64,000 nucleotides of DNA from Macrostomum lignano. Lineage: Eukaryota. Numbering within the stretch: position 1 is the stretch's first letter; each line of letters opens with the position of its first letter. Positions 26,023-40,564 of the stretch are shown in pieces. Location: NCBI GenBank assembly GCA_002269645.1, contig NIVC01000257.1, positions 248,001 to 312,000 of the forward strand. Reading direction: 5' to 3'. Made by a program: the position numbers and the translations under genes. Under the pieces are notes generated by a model. It did no database searches, was not told the DNA's origin, and worked only from the letters and a program-made list of their open reading frames with translations.

Positions 26023-26480
26023 GCAGTCTCTAATAACCTCTCTAATGTAACTGCTAATTACATCCTAATTACAGCCTCTCTAATGCAGTCCCGAATAGCC
26101 CATCCAATGCAGTTCCTAATAGCCTCTCTAATGCAGTCCCTAATAGCCTCTCTAATGCAGTCCCGAATAGCCTCTCTAATGCCGTCCCTAATAGCCTTTC
26201 TAATGCAGTACCTAATAGCCTCTCTAATTCCGTCCCTAATAGCCTCTCTAATGCCGTCCCTAATAGACTCTCTAATGCAGTTCCTAATAGCCTCGTTAAT
26301 GCAGTCCTTAATAGCCTCTCTAATGCAGTCCCTAAAAGCCCCTCTAATGTAGTCCCTAATAGCCTCTCTAATGCGTCCCTAATGGCCTCTCTAATGCAGT
26401 CCTTATGCCTCTACAATTCTACATTGTGGTGCTTATTTTCTATAATGTAGTCCCTACTCCCTAATAGCCTGCCTAATGGC
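26023..26480 (+). repeat. Degenerate minisatellite, 24 bp (CTCTCTAATGCAGTCCCTAATAGC)
   Basis: Direct reading. Confidence 0.85.
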
Positions 26481-27442
26481 GACCCTTATACATGTCAGCA
26501 TCTTTATTAGTACGCCTAATTAAATGCCTCATCCCTCATTTTATTCCCACACCGAGATCGTAAAAGAACGGCAATATCTATGAATGGATCTTCAATCAGA
26601 ATTTTCACCATACACTGCAGAATGCTCAACTGCCTCGCATCGCCCCTGAGTGCACTCGAATCGCCTAATTACTTCACCTTTTTGTCATCACCTTTAGGAA
26701 ATATACCACCCCCTGTCTGTGAATGGCAACTCGCTCGCGGCAGCAACTCCTCATCGCATCCCGCCCAGCATCACCAGGCCAATTTAGCTCTCATTTTTTT
26801 ATTTCTGAGCAGGTGACTGAGAGAGAGAGCAAGAGAGATTGAGAACTCAATGAGACTGAAACACAGAAGCTGAGAGTGAGACAGCGCCCCCCCCCCGGAT
26901 CCGGTCTTTGGTGTTACGTAATCCCTCTTTTGCTAATATCCTAATTTTCCTCAAGGCAGCTGCGCCTCTCGGCCGCCAGAAATGAGCCAGAAGAAGAGCC
27001 ACGGCGTCTCATTCCTGTCCTGTCTGTTTCTCTGCTTCTACTACAAGCCTCTTCGTGGTGTCTTCTTCTTCTTTCTGGCTTTCCACCCCCCCCCCCCTAC
27101 TCCCGTGTCCTCGCCTGAGGTCCCGAGGTCGCTGATAAATATTTAATGGGAAAGCAGCAGGAGACAGCTTGGCGCAGAAAAGTGAGCAGCCAAATATGCC
27201 CGGCTGGCAAGAGTTTCTTCTTTAGAGAAGGTGGGCAGGATTTCTGCTGCCAGTAAATTTGCGGAATGAAAATCCATTGTCTAATAGAAGAGAAGGCCGG
27301 AGGGGACGCCTGACTGTTTAGGGCGAGAATCTCTGCAGGAATCAGTGCGGCTGGTAAAGTACAAGACAGTGCTAGCGAAAGTGGCTGCGGATGCTGCTAT
27401 GGAGTTCTGAGTCATCTGCAAACCCTTAGTGAGACCAGACCC

Positions 27443-27590
27443 CTCTGTCACATATTCCTCTGTCACATATCCCTCTGTCACATATCCCTCTGTCACATAT
27501 CCCTCTGTCACATATCCCTCTGTCACATAACCTTCTGTCACATATCCCTCTGTCACATATCCCTCTGTCACATATCCCTCTGTCACGTGT
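27443..27590 (+). repeat. Minisatellite, 15 bp (CCCTCTGTCACATAT)
   Basis: Direct reading. Confidence 0.9.
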
Positions 27591-27666
27591 CCCTTATTAG
27601 TTTCTCAAACGCACCCCTCTCTTTCCTCCGCCAGCTCCACCCCTCCTCAACCATCCCTCCGCTCAC

Positions 27667-27943
27667 CAATGGCCCCCAGCCGCAGATAAAAGCTGCCAGC
27701 CCCTCCGCTGAGCGACGCCCTGACTAAGAATCGGCGCCTGTGGCTGCCGCCGCCTCCTGACGGGCGCGCCGTCGAGTGACCTCCAAGAAAAGCCACGGAG
27801 CCATCGCCGGCCATGTCGCCGCCAACGCCGCTGCCACCACCGCCGCCACAGGCCGATCGCCTGCCAGCTTCTTCCCGAACCAGGAAGGCGTACACATAGA
27901 TGAGGAACAGGAGGCTGACTGAGTACAAGTAGATGTAGAAGCC
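27667..27943 (-). CDS. Otop: Otopetrin exon 5 (TM2 to start of TM3)
   Basis: GFYIYLYSVSLLFLIYVY...GSFYLRLGAI matches otopetrin motifs GFY.YLY and GSFYLR.GA; acceptor tttgcag|G, donor G|GTGAGC; 277 nt. Confidence 0.92.
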
Positions 27944-28399
27944 CTGCAAATAAGGATGGAAGGTGGGTGCAACCTTAAATATTCAGAACGTCTTCAAGAT
28001 CCACTTATCCCCCCCCCGGAGTTAAAATGTCCCTGTGTGCTCAGTTTGAGCTGCAAGCCACGATATTTTCCCCCTTTTCAATTCTGCGTGATCCCTAAAA
28101 ACCGTCATGGTCAAAAAGCCGCACCCTCCCCCCCAAAAACGGCTCCAAGCTCTTCATTTATTTCATTTCTTTTGAACGGTTGGTCGAAGAGGCGGAAAAT
28201 CAGCGGCTAGGAAGGGCCGGCGTGGAACTGAGCGGGAGAAAAGGGGACACGAGAGATTAGGCCTGAACCGAGGAGGCTCAGAGTCTAAGCTTGCAGAAGC
28301 AGCTCTTCTCCCCGAGAAAGAAGTTCAATACACTGTACTCGTAAGGCCAAACCTGCCATTTTGAAGGGAGATGAGTGGTCGCTGATTGCCTGACGGTGT

Positions 28400-29522
28400 A
28401 TGAGATCTCAATATGATATCAGAGATCTCACTGAGAGATTAGAGATCTCAATATGATATCAGAGATCTCAATAAGAGATCAAATATCTCAAGGTGACATA
28501 AGAGACCCAAGACGAGATCAGAGCTCTCAATGAGAGATCAGACATCTAAAAGAGATATCAGAAATCTCAAAATGAGATCAGAGATCAGAAGATCAGAGAT
28601 CAGAAATCTCAGGTGAGATCAGAAATCTCAATGAGAGATCAGAGATCTTAGGTGAGATCAGAAATCTCAGGTGAGATCAGAAATCTTAGGTGAGATCAGA
28701 AATCTTAGATAATATCAGAAATCTTAGGTGAGATCAGAAATCTCAATGAGAGATCAGAAATCTTAGGTAAGATCAGAAATCTCAGGTGAGATCAGAAATC
28801 TTAGGTGAGATCAGAAATCTTAGGTGAGATCAGAAATCTCAATGAGAGATCAGAGATATTAGGTGAGATCAGAAATCTCAATGAGAGACCAGAGATCTTA
28901 GGTGGGATCAGAAATCTCAATGAGAGACCAGAGATCTTAGGTGGGATCAGAAATCTCAATGAGAGACCAGAGATCTTAGGTGGGATCAGAAATCTCAATG
29001 AGAGATCAGAGATCTTAGGTGAGATCAGAAATCTCAATGAGAGATCAGAGATATTAGGTGAGATCAGAAATCTTAGGTGAGATCAGAAATCTTAGGTGAG
29101 ATCAGAAATCTCAATGAGAGATCAGAGATCTTAGGTGAGATCAGAAATCTCAATGAGAGATCAGAGATCTTAGGTGAGATCAGAAATCTCAATGAGAGAT
29201 CAGAGATCTTAGGTGAGATCAGAAATCTCAATGAGAGATCAGAGATCTTAGGTGAGATCAGAAATCTCAATGAGAGATCAGAGATCTTAGGTGAGATCAG
29301 AAATCTCAATGAGAGATCAGAGATATTAGGTGAGATCAGAAATCTTAGGTGAGATCAGAAATCTTAGGTGAGATCAGAAATCTCAATGAGAGATCAGAGA
29401 TCTTAGGTGAGATCAGAAATCTCAATGAGAGATCAGAGATCTTAGGTGAGATCAGAAATCTCAATGAGAGATCAGAGATCTTAGGTGAGATCAGAAATCT
29501 CAATGAGAGATCAGAGATCTCA
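28400..29522 (+). repeat. Minisatellite of 19-20 bp subunits forming a 39-bp dimer (GAGATCAGAAATCT...)
   Basis: Direct reading. Confidence 0.9.
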
Positions 29523-31006
29523 TGTTATCTTATTCTCATTCCTGCGTCTCACCCTACAATTCAGCGCACTTTATTACCAACTCTCGACAGAGATCTCAAT
29601 AAAGTCCATCTACCGTTCTTGGGAAGAGTTAAAAATCTAAAATGTGCTGTTCAAGAGATCCTTGGCCGGACACCGCCCAAAGCCTGGGACAGGAACTTGG
29701 CTACAGTGCGGTAGAAATGAGCCCCGAATCCCAGATATCTCAGGGAAGACCCGAGTTGAGTCGCTGGAAGGGATAAGAGGAAATAAAATGTATCCAGTAG
29801 TACCCACCTGGGGCGGTTTCAGTGAAGGACGGAGGTGGGAAGAATGGAACGCAGGAGTAAGGGAATACAGGAGTGCTTCCCAGCAGATTAAACCTTAAAA
29901 TATGGAATTGAAATCCCCAGCACTGTAGATTGACTCCGAAGCGGGTCGCTGAACAAAAAACTGCAAGAAATTAAAAATAGAATCAGCCAAGCGAGCCCAG
30001 ATGCAGCTGTTGCATGTGGGAGGGAGAGAGGGATGCAGTGAGAGAGGCTGGAATCTGAGACTTACCTCGGGCGAGCGCACAGACACACAAAAAGCACAAA
30101 ATTGCAGAGCTCCTGCATCCGCTCAAAAATTTGCCGACTTTGTAGATTTTTTCGCGCCAACAACAGCAGCAGCAACAGGAAAAAGCGGGGTAACAAGTTT
30201 ATAAGATTTCTGCAGCTGTTCTGGTAGCTTTGCTGGATTAGTTTGCCGCTGTAGGGAATCGAACTTGGGCAGACAATTTCTGGAGAATCCTAAATTAGTT
30301 GAGTTCAATTTCTAAACTACAGACACTGTCGCACAGGAAATGAGGCGAGAGGAGATTGCAAGCTCTTGCTCCTAGAAGAGAGGAGAGAGATCAAATAAAG
30401 TGACTCCAAAAAGATGGACAGGCTGGGGGAACGGCGAGGTCAGAACAGGGGCAGGCAAAAAGCGGTGTTTTACACGCCCCATTGCGTAACATTCCGGATG
30501 CAGGAATTTCGGCCAGAAATGGGCAAAATGAGAAAAGAGAGAGAGGCGAGTGGGGCAGGGAGAGAGTGGGACAATCGGCAGGCTGAGACGGTCACGCCCC
30601 CTCCAGCAGAAGTCGCGCTTCCGTCACTCTGCAGCGAATGCGGCGCACACGTTTACTTAAGTTGCAGCAGTTGCAGCAGTTCCAGCCGCCAGGATTCCCC
30701 ATGAGAGAAAATGTCGAGTTACTTGGAGCTGTTGGGAAGGTGAGATAAGAACTAACTGGGCTGGCTGGCTCACTCGGTCACCAGCTCGCCAACTCGGGGG
30801 GGGGGACCTGCTCAGCTGTGATAAGAGATCAAAATAGATGAGAGGGTGGGAAGGCGGCAGAAACTGTGCAGAGAGGCATGGAGAGACCGAAAGCGGTTCA
30901 GCAAGGGCTTAAATTTATGTCGAATTTCGTTCTACACGAATCGATAGAGTTAAGAAGTAACTATAAAAATTCAAAATCCTCTTAATAAAGAGATCAAGAA
31001 TAGGGA

Positions 31007-31255
31007 GGGGCCGTAGCCCAGAGGTCCAGCGCGGGGCTCTGATGTGCCAGCGGCCCAGGCTCGATTCCAAGTGCCGTCCACATGAATTTTGGGGCTAAAT
31101 TGGAATCTCGGCTTGGCTCTGCTTGTGCAATTAACGCCCTTGAGGGCCAACCCCCAAGGCACAGTGAAGTGTACATGTCTGACGATAAATAAAGTTAGGG
31201 CCGCTGTACACTCCTGAGTGTGTGCCTGTGCCTGTGACAATGTCGCTTAAAGTAC
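31007..31255 (+). mobile_element. tRNA-derived SINE
   Basis: A-box-like TAGCCCAGAGG (31014) and B-box-like GGCTCGATTCC (31058); body shared with 34559-34690. The 3' end is approximate. Confidence 0.7.
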
Positions 31256-31291
31256 AGTAAAAAAGTGATTACAAAAATTCCATAGACTCAC

Positions 31292-31406
31292 CTCAAACAG
31301 GTGCAGGGCCACCTTCTTGGCGAGCAGCTCGGCAGTGGGCATCAGCAGGCCGAGAGCGCACAGCAACATCACGTAGATGCCGCTGAGTAGCCGGAACAGC
31401 GATGCT
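31292..31406 (-). CDS. Otop: Otopetrin exon 4 (TM1)
   Basis: ASLFRLLSGIYVMLLCALGLLMPTAELLAKKVALHLFE resembles invertebrate otopetrin LSALY..L.V.G...P.AE; acceptor cttgcag|A, donor GAG|GTGAGT; 115 nt. Confidence 0.85.
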
Positions 31407-31603
31407 CTGCAAGCAGAAAAGACAGATGAGGGGGATTGCAATTCAGAAACGATGACATCTTTCTGACAGGGGTGCATCTGAGGTCGCTGAGAAGTGTGGC
31501 ACATGCTTGCAGACAATGGCACAATGGCTCTGACAGAGGGATAAAAGAGAATGCACTGCGGAGGATGTTGCTAAAAGCAGATAAGCCCCGCCCCTTCATA
31601 CAG

Positions 31604-32683
31604 CAACTCATACCAACTCATACCAACTCATACCAACTCATACCAACTCATACCAACTCATACCAACTCATACCAACTCATACCAACTCATACCAACTCA
31701 TACCAACTCATACCAACTCATAACTCATACCAACTCATACCAACTCATACCAACTCATACCAACTCATACCAACTCATACCAACTCATACCAACTCATAC
31801 CAACTCATACCAACTCATACCAACTCATACCAACTCATACCAACTCATACCAACTCATACCAACTCATACCAACTCATAACTCATACCAACTCATACCAA
31901 CTCATACCAACTCATACCAACTCATACCAACTCATACCAACTCATACCAACTCATACCAACTCATACCAACTCATACCAACTCATACCAACTCATACCAA
32001 CTCATACCAACTCATACCAACTCATACCAACTCATACCAACTCATACCAACTCATACCAACTCATACCAACTCATACCAACTCATACCAACTCATACCAA
32101 CTCATAACTCATACCAACTCATACCAACTCATACCAACTCATACCAACTCATACCAACTCATACCAACTCATACCAACTCATACCAACTCATACCAACTC
32201 ATACCAACTCATACCAACTCATACCAACTCATACCAACTCATAACTCATACCAACTCATACCAACTCATACCAACTCATACCAACTCATACCAACTCATA
32301 CCAACTCATACCAACTCATACCAACTCATACCAACTCATACCAACTCATACCAACTCATACCAACTCATACCAACTCATACCAACTCATACCAACTCATA
32401 CCAACTCATACCAACTCATAACTCATACCAACTCATACCAACTCATACCAACTCATACCAACTCATACCAACTCATACCAACTCATACCAACTCATACCA
32501 ACTCATACCAACTCATACCAACTCATACCAACTCATACCAACTCATACCAACTCATACCAACTCATAACTCATACCAACTCATACCAACTCATACCAACT
32601 CATACCAACTCATACCAACTCATACCAACTCATACCAACTCATACCAACTCATACCAACTCATACCAACTCATACCAACTCAT
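31604..32683 (+). repeat. Minisatellite, 10 bp (ATACCAACTC)
   Basis: Direct reading; occasional 7-bp ATAACTC units. Confidence 0.97.
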
Positions 32684-32777
32684 ATCACTCTTGATTTGTA
32701 TTTGGGGACTTTAGACCATAGACGACTATTTTTTAGAACGTTAGGCCTCCCCCAGTCTTAGTCGAAAAGGCTACCAT

Positions 32778-33054
32778 CAGAGAATATTGAGCATACATAG
32801 AATGCCAACGTAGCTTTAAAAAGTGAAGCCGATTCTCGCGCTCCACCGGGAGTTTGGCTTTGGACCACAGACTAAAGTGTTTTGAGCTAAAAATATATTT
32901 GTGATAAATTGCACTCGTCTAAGTGCCGCTGTCTGGTCTAAATGAGAATAAATAACGCTTTTGAATTTATTTTTTAGTCTATGGTCCAAAGCCAAACTGC
33001 CGGCTTCACTTTTAAAAGCTACGTTGGCATTCTATGTATGCTCAATATTCTCTG
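32778..33054. mobile_element. hAT-type MITE, 277 bp
   Basis: 8-bp TSD GCTACCAT at 32770-32777 and 33055-33062; CAGAG termini; about 80 bp of near-perfect TIR. Confidence 0.9.
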
Positions 33055-34558
33055 GCTACCATTTAAAGGTACTTGTGTCGCATTCGAGGTTGAAACTCTG
33101 GTATATTATTATTTTTATTACAAGTTTCTATGGCCAAAAGTTCTAAAAATTATAACTGTAAAATCAGCTACACTCTCCCGCGGCGACTGTCTGTGGTAAA
33201 TCCTCGCTTTCTAAATCCTATGCTAGCCGCTATGCGAGAGAGGGGGGATAGAGACAGGGATTATGAAGCTTCGTTGCCAAAACCACACACCACGGCGGCA
33301 TGGAGGCAAATAGGGAAGCTGGGATAAGCCTATTCTAGCTTCATCATTCTCTTCTGTCAGCGTTTAGAGGATCGGGCTAGCCTGGGTCTATCATCAGGAC
33401 TCTGACCGCGAGCCAGGTAACTCGGGGCATAAATAGCTCTTTGAGTCATCCGTGCCGGCTGAGCTTGCCCCCCCACCCCTCTCTCTCGCTCTTCAATCAT
33501 CAGAGGCAGCCGCCGCCGCCGCTCAGATGCCAGCAGCTGATCCAGACAGCCCCCAAGCCTGAGTGTTTTCAACTTTCCCCCCTATATTCCTCCCGCCAAC
33601 TTCAATCCCAAACTGCAACCCCGTGAAACCCTTCTTCCATCAAATCCCAGTGTGGCCACTATCGCTTTGGAGGCGCGCAACACCTGGAGCAGTGCCGGGA
33701 TATGGATTGCGTGCTCACACTCTGAGGGTTAGTTATTGCGACGAGTTTGAAAGTTAAATTTTTTCATGATGGAGATGATTCATCACTAAAAGCTACCTTT
33801 GATGTCTAAGAGTTATGAAGTTCCAACCTATATAAATCCTGGCATTCTGCCCATTCCACTGACTCCTGAGCTCACACAAGGTGTACAGCGCCGTGACTTT
33901 CACTCTCTACAGGCCTGTCAAAAACAACTCGATTTTCTTAGAAATGAGCTAAAGGCTAAAAATGTGACAATTCTCAATGTACTTAACGCCTTTGAGGCAT
34001 AAATAAGCTCACTCCAGTTGGGAATCCGTGATGTGGGTAGGGATAAAAAAGCAATCCAATCATGGTCACGAATATCCCAAATCCCTTCGAATTTTCTTAG
34101 AAAGAGAAAAAGAATGAAAAGATTTCGGCTTCCTGAAATAAATAACGCGGCCAGGGCGGATCGCCTCCGCACTTTTATCGCGTCCTCGCGAGTGCCGTGG
34201 GGAAAAGCTGACTGGGGATAAATGTATCGCATAAGAATGCAGTTAACTTCCCAGAAATCCCTAGCAACTCAACACTGAGGCAACGGAAACTCCACGCGAA
34301 GGACTCTATCAGCAGTTGGCATTGATTTATCAGAATCGAAGAGCCATGAGAGCTGGGGCGAGGGGAGCCCCCCCCCCCAATAGGAAATTGGCTGCCCATT
34401 TCTTCGATTCCATCGGCAGATCAGCTGAGATTCTCTCCGCCCCAAATCCCCCCACACAGTCTTCGCGAGCAGATTCTAGTCCGAGTTGTCAGTTGAATAA
34501 AAGGTCAAACTGACACAGAGGCCCTAGCAACGAGAGACAGAGTCCCTAGCAACCAGCC

Positions 34559-34690
34559 GAAGCGGCCCTTGAATCGATTCCGGGCATGCATTTCGGACTT
34601 GTGCCAGAAATTTGGCCGGGCGGGATGGTTGTGCAATTCACAGCCGTGAGGGCCAACCACCAAGGCACCGGGAGTGTACATGCCGGACGT
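34559..34690 (+). mobile_element. Diverged partial copy of the same SINE
   Basis: Shares TTGTGCAATT..GAGGGCCAACC.CCAAGGCAC..GTGTACATG with 31125-31178. Confidence 0.65.
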
Positions 34691-35619
34691 GAGCGCGAGT
34701 CAATGTGTATGTCAGCTGAACGGGCATGACTGCTGGCGGCCTTCCAGACTCCAAAGCCTCTAGCAGCAGCAGCAAAGGTTATAAATTCCCCGGCCAATAA
34801 AGTTGAAGTGCTTTGAGACACTTTTCACTCTTAAAAGTAGCAGAATTGAAGAGGGCGGAGCTGAGAATAGGTGAGATAGATACAGAAGTGCAAATTCCGG
34901 GCAACCGAAACCTGAGATGGAGAGGCTAAAGAGGCTGTGTTGGCCTGGTGCCAGGTCAAAGGAAGGCAACACAGCCCCTCCTTTCCCCAAGGGGAGTGCC
35001 GGAGAACTCCCCTCTGGGGATAAAGGGGAAAAACCAGCGGAGAAGGACGAGTTAAGGCCAAGGTATCTCCTGCTTGTTTGCCGTGCGCCGCATATCTCCC
35101 GCCTATCGGCGTCCTCACCTCCAGGCCGCTTGAAAAACTGGCGACTGGGAGCAGAGACAGACAGAGATGGGGGAGAATGGGAAGGGGGAAATGTAGAAAT
35201 GGGAGAGCGAATGACGGCTTCAGAGGGTGGAGGGGAATTGGGGCGAGAGGTTTGATGGCTGGAAGCTGGCAGATGATGGCAGCAGCGCTTCGTACTGCCT
35301 TCGGCTCCCTCCGGCCTCGGCATATCGCACTTTCCACATCCGTGAGCCGCGCCGACTCAACTCGCAGTTTCTCTTCCCCTCCCTGTCACCGCCGCACTGC
35401 AGCAGCTCGCGGCTCCTGCCCGCCCCTCCCTAACGCCGCGTTTCGAGGAAAAATTAAACGGAAAATATAGATAGAGTGGCTGGGGCTCCAGCTGGCAGGC
35501 GATTTTTCGAACTGCCGCTTCGGCCGCACGCGACTGACGCCGTGATGAGAATAAACTTGATCTCTCCCTTAGGGCTGGGCTGAGCGGCATTCAGTGCGTC
35601 TGGCTGTGACTTGCATATG

Positions 35620-36344
<725 letters not shown>

Positions 36345-36745
36345 ACCCAAACTACTCGAACTTCAAGTGCGCAGCGGAGCAGTGGATTTGCAGTGGCCCC
36401 AAGCCCCATCCCATCTCAAGCATCCGTTGCAACTGGGCTGAGCCGCAAAGCATGAAGAGGAATTTCGGGATCAATGAAAACTCGCAATCTCCAGGGCTAC
36501 TATATTCGAAGCCAAGCAGAAATCGCGCCAGGCCCCCCCTCGGGCCCCGGCTAATCTGAATCGATATTATTCGGCCCTAAGAGACGCGGAAAGCTCTGCC
36601 CAGATACGCTGGCGGGAAGCTGAGCCTGCCGCTCACTTTGGAGAAGCCCCATCATCATCATTGGAAAGGCATCCAGCATGCAGTCGGTCTCATTTCACAA
36701 TTATTTCCCGACTCAAAATTGCTTCTGCCGTTGCAAAAATCTCAC

Positions 36746-36956
36746 TTGAATGCCGCCTGCATGATGTTGTGCTGCTCGGCCAGATCGCGGCCCGGCTTCA
36801 GAATACCAGTGGGATGCAGGTGCTGATGATGCTGCAGATGGAGAAGATTCTGGGCCAGAATTGGCTGCATTGGCGAGGCCAGGGTCTCTATGCTGCGCAT
36901 TGCGTTGGTCTGAAATTCCGTTGAGCTCTGCGTCTCCGGGGACGTGTTGCTGATGC
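36746..36956 (-). CDS. Otop: Otopetrin exon 3
   Basis: Acceptor cccgcag|GC, donor AA|GTGAGA; 211 nt, phase 1 to 2; (G)ISNTSPETQ...HLQHHQHLHPTG...MQAAF(K). Not in the ORF track in this frame. Confidence 0.7.
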
Positions 36957-36969
36957 CTGCGGGTGGGTG

Positions 36970-38390
36970 TCATGTGTCAGATGGAATCATGTGTCAGATG
37001 GAATCATGTGTCAGATGGAATCATGTGTCAGATGGAATCATGTGTCAGATGGAATCATGTGTCAGATGGAATCATGTGTCAGATGGAATCATGTGTCAGA
37101 TGGAATCATGTGTCAGATGGAATCATGTGTCAGATGGAATCATGTGTCAGATGGAATCATGTGTCAGATGGAATCATGTGTCAGATGGAATCATGTGTCA
37201 GATGGAATCATGTGTCAGATGGAATCATGTGTCAGATGGAATCATGTGTCAGATGGAATCATGTGTCAGATGGAATCATGTGTCAGATGGAATCATGTGT
37301 CAGATGGAATCATGTGTCAGATGGAATCATGTGTCAGATGGAATCATGTGTCAGATGGAATCATGTGTCAGATGGAATCATGTGTCAGATGGAATCATGT
37401 GTCAGATGGAATCATGTGTCAGATGGAATCATGTGTCAGATGGAATCATGTGTCAGATGGAATCATGTGTCAGATGGAATCATGTGTCAGATGGAATCAT
37501 GTGTCAGATGGAATCATGTGTCAGATGGAATCATGTGTCAGATGGAATCATGTGTCAGATGGAATCATGTGTCAGATGGAATCATGTGTCAGATGGAATC
37601 ATGTGTCAGATGGAATCATGTGTCAGATGGAATCATGTGTCAGATGGAATCATGTGTCAGATGGAATCATGTGTCAGATGGAATCATGGTCAGATGGAAT
37701 CATGTGTCAGATGGAATCATGTGTCAGATGGAATCATGTGTCAGATGGAATCATGTGTCAGATGGAATCATGTGTCAGATGGAATCATATGTCAGATGGA
37801 ATCATGTGTCAGATGGAATCATGTGTCAGATGGAATCATGTGTCAGATGGAATCATGTGTCAGATAGAATCATGTGTCATAGGGTGCTAGAATCATGTGT
37901 CATAGGGTGCTAGAATCATGTGTCAGATGGAATTATGTCAGATGGAATCATGTGTCAGATAAAATCATGTGTCAGATAGAATCATGTGCCAGATAGAATC
38001 ATGTGTCAGAGGGTGCTAGAATCATGTGTCATAGGGTGCTAGAATCATGTGTCAGATGGAATCATGTGTCAGATAAAATCATGTGCCAGATAGAATCATG
38101 TGCCAGATAGAATCATGTGTCAGAGGGTGCTAGAATCATGTGTCATAGGGTGCTAGAATCATGTGTCAGATAGAATCATGTGCCATAGGGTGCTAGAATC
38201 ATGTGTCAGAGGGTGCTGAAATCCTGTGTCAGAGGGTGCTAGAATCATGTGTCAGAGGGTGCTAGAATAATGTGTCAGAGGGTGCTAGAATCATGTGTCA
38301 GAGGATGCTAGAATCATGTGTCAGAGGGTGCTAGAATCCTGTGTCAGAGGGTGCTAGAATCATGTGTCAGAGGGTGCTATAATCATGTAG
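36970..38390 (+). repeat. Minisatellite, 17 bp (ATGTGTCAGATGGAATC) grading into a 22-bp variant
   Basis: Starts 13 bp from the exon 3 acceptor. Confidence 0.95.
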
Positions 38391-40564
38391 ATGAGACACC
38401 CTGCTCTGAGTTAATTGTCTAGCTGATTACAAATTCTGTACGACTGCTCGGCTGCCCGATACAGCCGGTCACAACACTGGCCATGTTCTGGGTGATGATC
38501 AAGAGAAAGAAAGTAGGTTATTGGAATCGGGATTGTGTGACTCAGAACTGGCTCGGAGTCCTGCAAATGAGCTGTCGGTGGGGTGGTTAGGGGAGTGAAG
38601 CATCGCACCTCTTATAGAGCCGCCAGCCACTCTTTCATTCTTTATCTCCTTCTCGCCCGCCTTCTTTTCCCTTTTGCTGGGTGACGACACCCGAGCTGCA
38701 TCCCTTTGGGCGAGTTTACTAGCTAGCACTGCGGCGGCTCGTCATGAACCACCAGGGCGATAAAATGGGGGGGGGAAGCTGCTGACTGGTTCCCGCAGTG
38801 CGCGTACTGGTGTGATGCAAACCCAAAGATGTGTGTGTGAGGGGAGAGGGTGTGCTGAGAGATTGGCTATACTCGTACTGCAGGCCTGAGCGAGTTTGGA
38901 CTAAAAAATGTAATTATGAGTCAGAGGCGAACCATCTGGCGCAAAGGGGGGGAGGCTGTAAAGGTTTGAATTCGAACCTCGGACCGTCAGTCGGACGCGT
39001 CATTTTGCATCGAACGATCCCCTGTCTGTCTGTCCTCTGCCCTCCCTTTATCAGCGTTTTTTTGAGTAACTGAAAACTGCATTGCCGAATTCCCACATGC
39101 CAGCCTCTGCAACCTCGGAATTCGATTCGGCGCATGGCGTCATCATTCGTTTATGACGAATTCAACTCCATCTCCATCTCATAATTAGTGTTTAAGAGCA
39201 TCTAATAAGCAACGTTTTTCTGGTCAATTGTTGAAGAAAATTTTAGCTCGGGTGAGTGTTTAGTAACTTTCTAGCCCAGTCTCCCTTCTCTCTCCATCTA
39301 TCTCAAGTGCTCAACTCTGAGCATTGCGGGAAATTGCATTAGCTGGTGAATCAGTGAGTGGGGGTGTTGGCTTAGTCAGCATTGCTGTTGGCCGAGGCTG
39401 AGGCAGACTTTTTGCACGGTGAAATTGGCTGAGCAGCAAATTCTAATGAGGATAATTGAGGCGATGGTTTGAGCAGCTGCAGTTGCTCATTGAGCACCCC
39501 AACCCTTAGTCACCATCAAGCGGTCCTGACTGAGACCGATGGGAGTCATCGAGCTCTGGGCCAGTGTGCAGCTAAGGGAAGCAGGTGCTGTGCATTCTGG
39601 GGTCCAGCTGGGTGTCACAGGGAGACGGGCCAAGCGGATATCAGCTGCGCTAAACGGAGTGCTTATTGGACCCCAAGGGATTGACAATAGTGTTATTATG
39701 AAGCAGGGGTGCCTTAAATGGAAGTCAAGGTATTTGGGCGCCAAAATGTTTCAAGGGTGCCAAAATGTGTCAGAGGGTGCTAAAATGTGTCAGAGGGTGC
39801 TAAAATGTGTCAGAGGGTGCCAAAATGTGTGTCATAGCGTCAAAACGGTGTCAGAGCGTCAAAATGTGTCGATAGGTAGATTAGCGCTTACACCAAGCTT
39901 AAGAGGCACCTTAAGCGAGCAGTAACGGCGCCACACTACTCTATCACTCAAAGTTACGTCATGTGATGGCCGTCACATTAAGCAAGTCGGTGTGCCAGTC
40001 ACACGCAACTGGTCTTGTCGCAGTCATCTTAGTGCAAAATTCAAGTATCTCAGCACTGAAGCAATCTATTGAAAATCAATTAGAAATTGCATCGAATTGC
40101 TCCACCTTGCTGACATAAGTCAGGATTTTTCTAATTAATTGCGTGGGCGGTGAGGCAGCCGAGCTCTGAGCTCAGAGAAGATACCCCAAAAATGAAGATA
40201 AACCGAAGAACTAAGCGATAAGGTAAAGCATTGGATTGGCTTTTAGCTATGTCCGTCTGTCTGCCCCCCCCCCCTAGCAACTTGACTGACAGCTAGAAGT
40301 CGTCGGCAGTGGCACCGGGCGGGTTCCCGATAGAAGTCCCGATAACTATAGACCAATAGTTTGATTTGAAGAGCCGGGCTGATAAGAAGTTGTGGGTTAG
40401 TAACACCGCCGGCAGATTGTACTGCAGAATTGTCCGTCTGGAGATAGTATGGAGTACTATCGAGAACTCATGAATCACTAGACTAGGTCAGGTGACACGT
40501 AGCAATTAGATTGCTATGTAGTATTTGCACAGTGGAAAGTGACATTATAGTAAATTGTGCCTAC

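Noticed and set aside
31007-31080. Functional tRNA gene
   Set aside because: Acceptor and anticodon stems are poor and it continues into an interspersed repeat body, so it is treated as a SINE head.
31604-32683. Telomeric repeat
   Set aside because: The 10-bp unit GAGTTGGTAT does not match TTAGGG-type repeats and is intronic.
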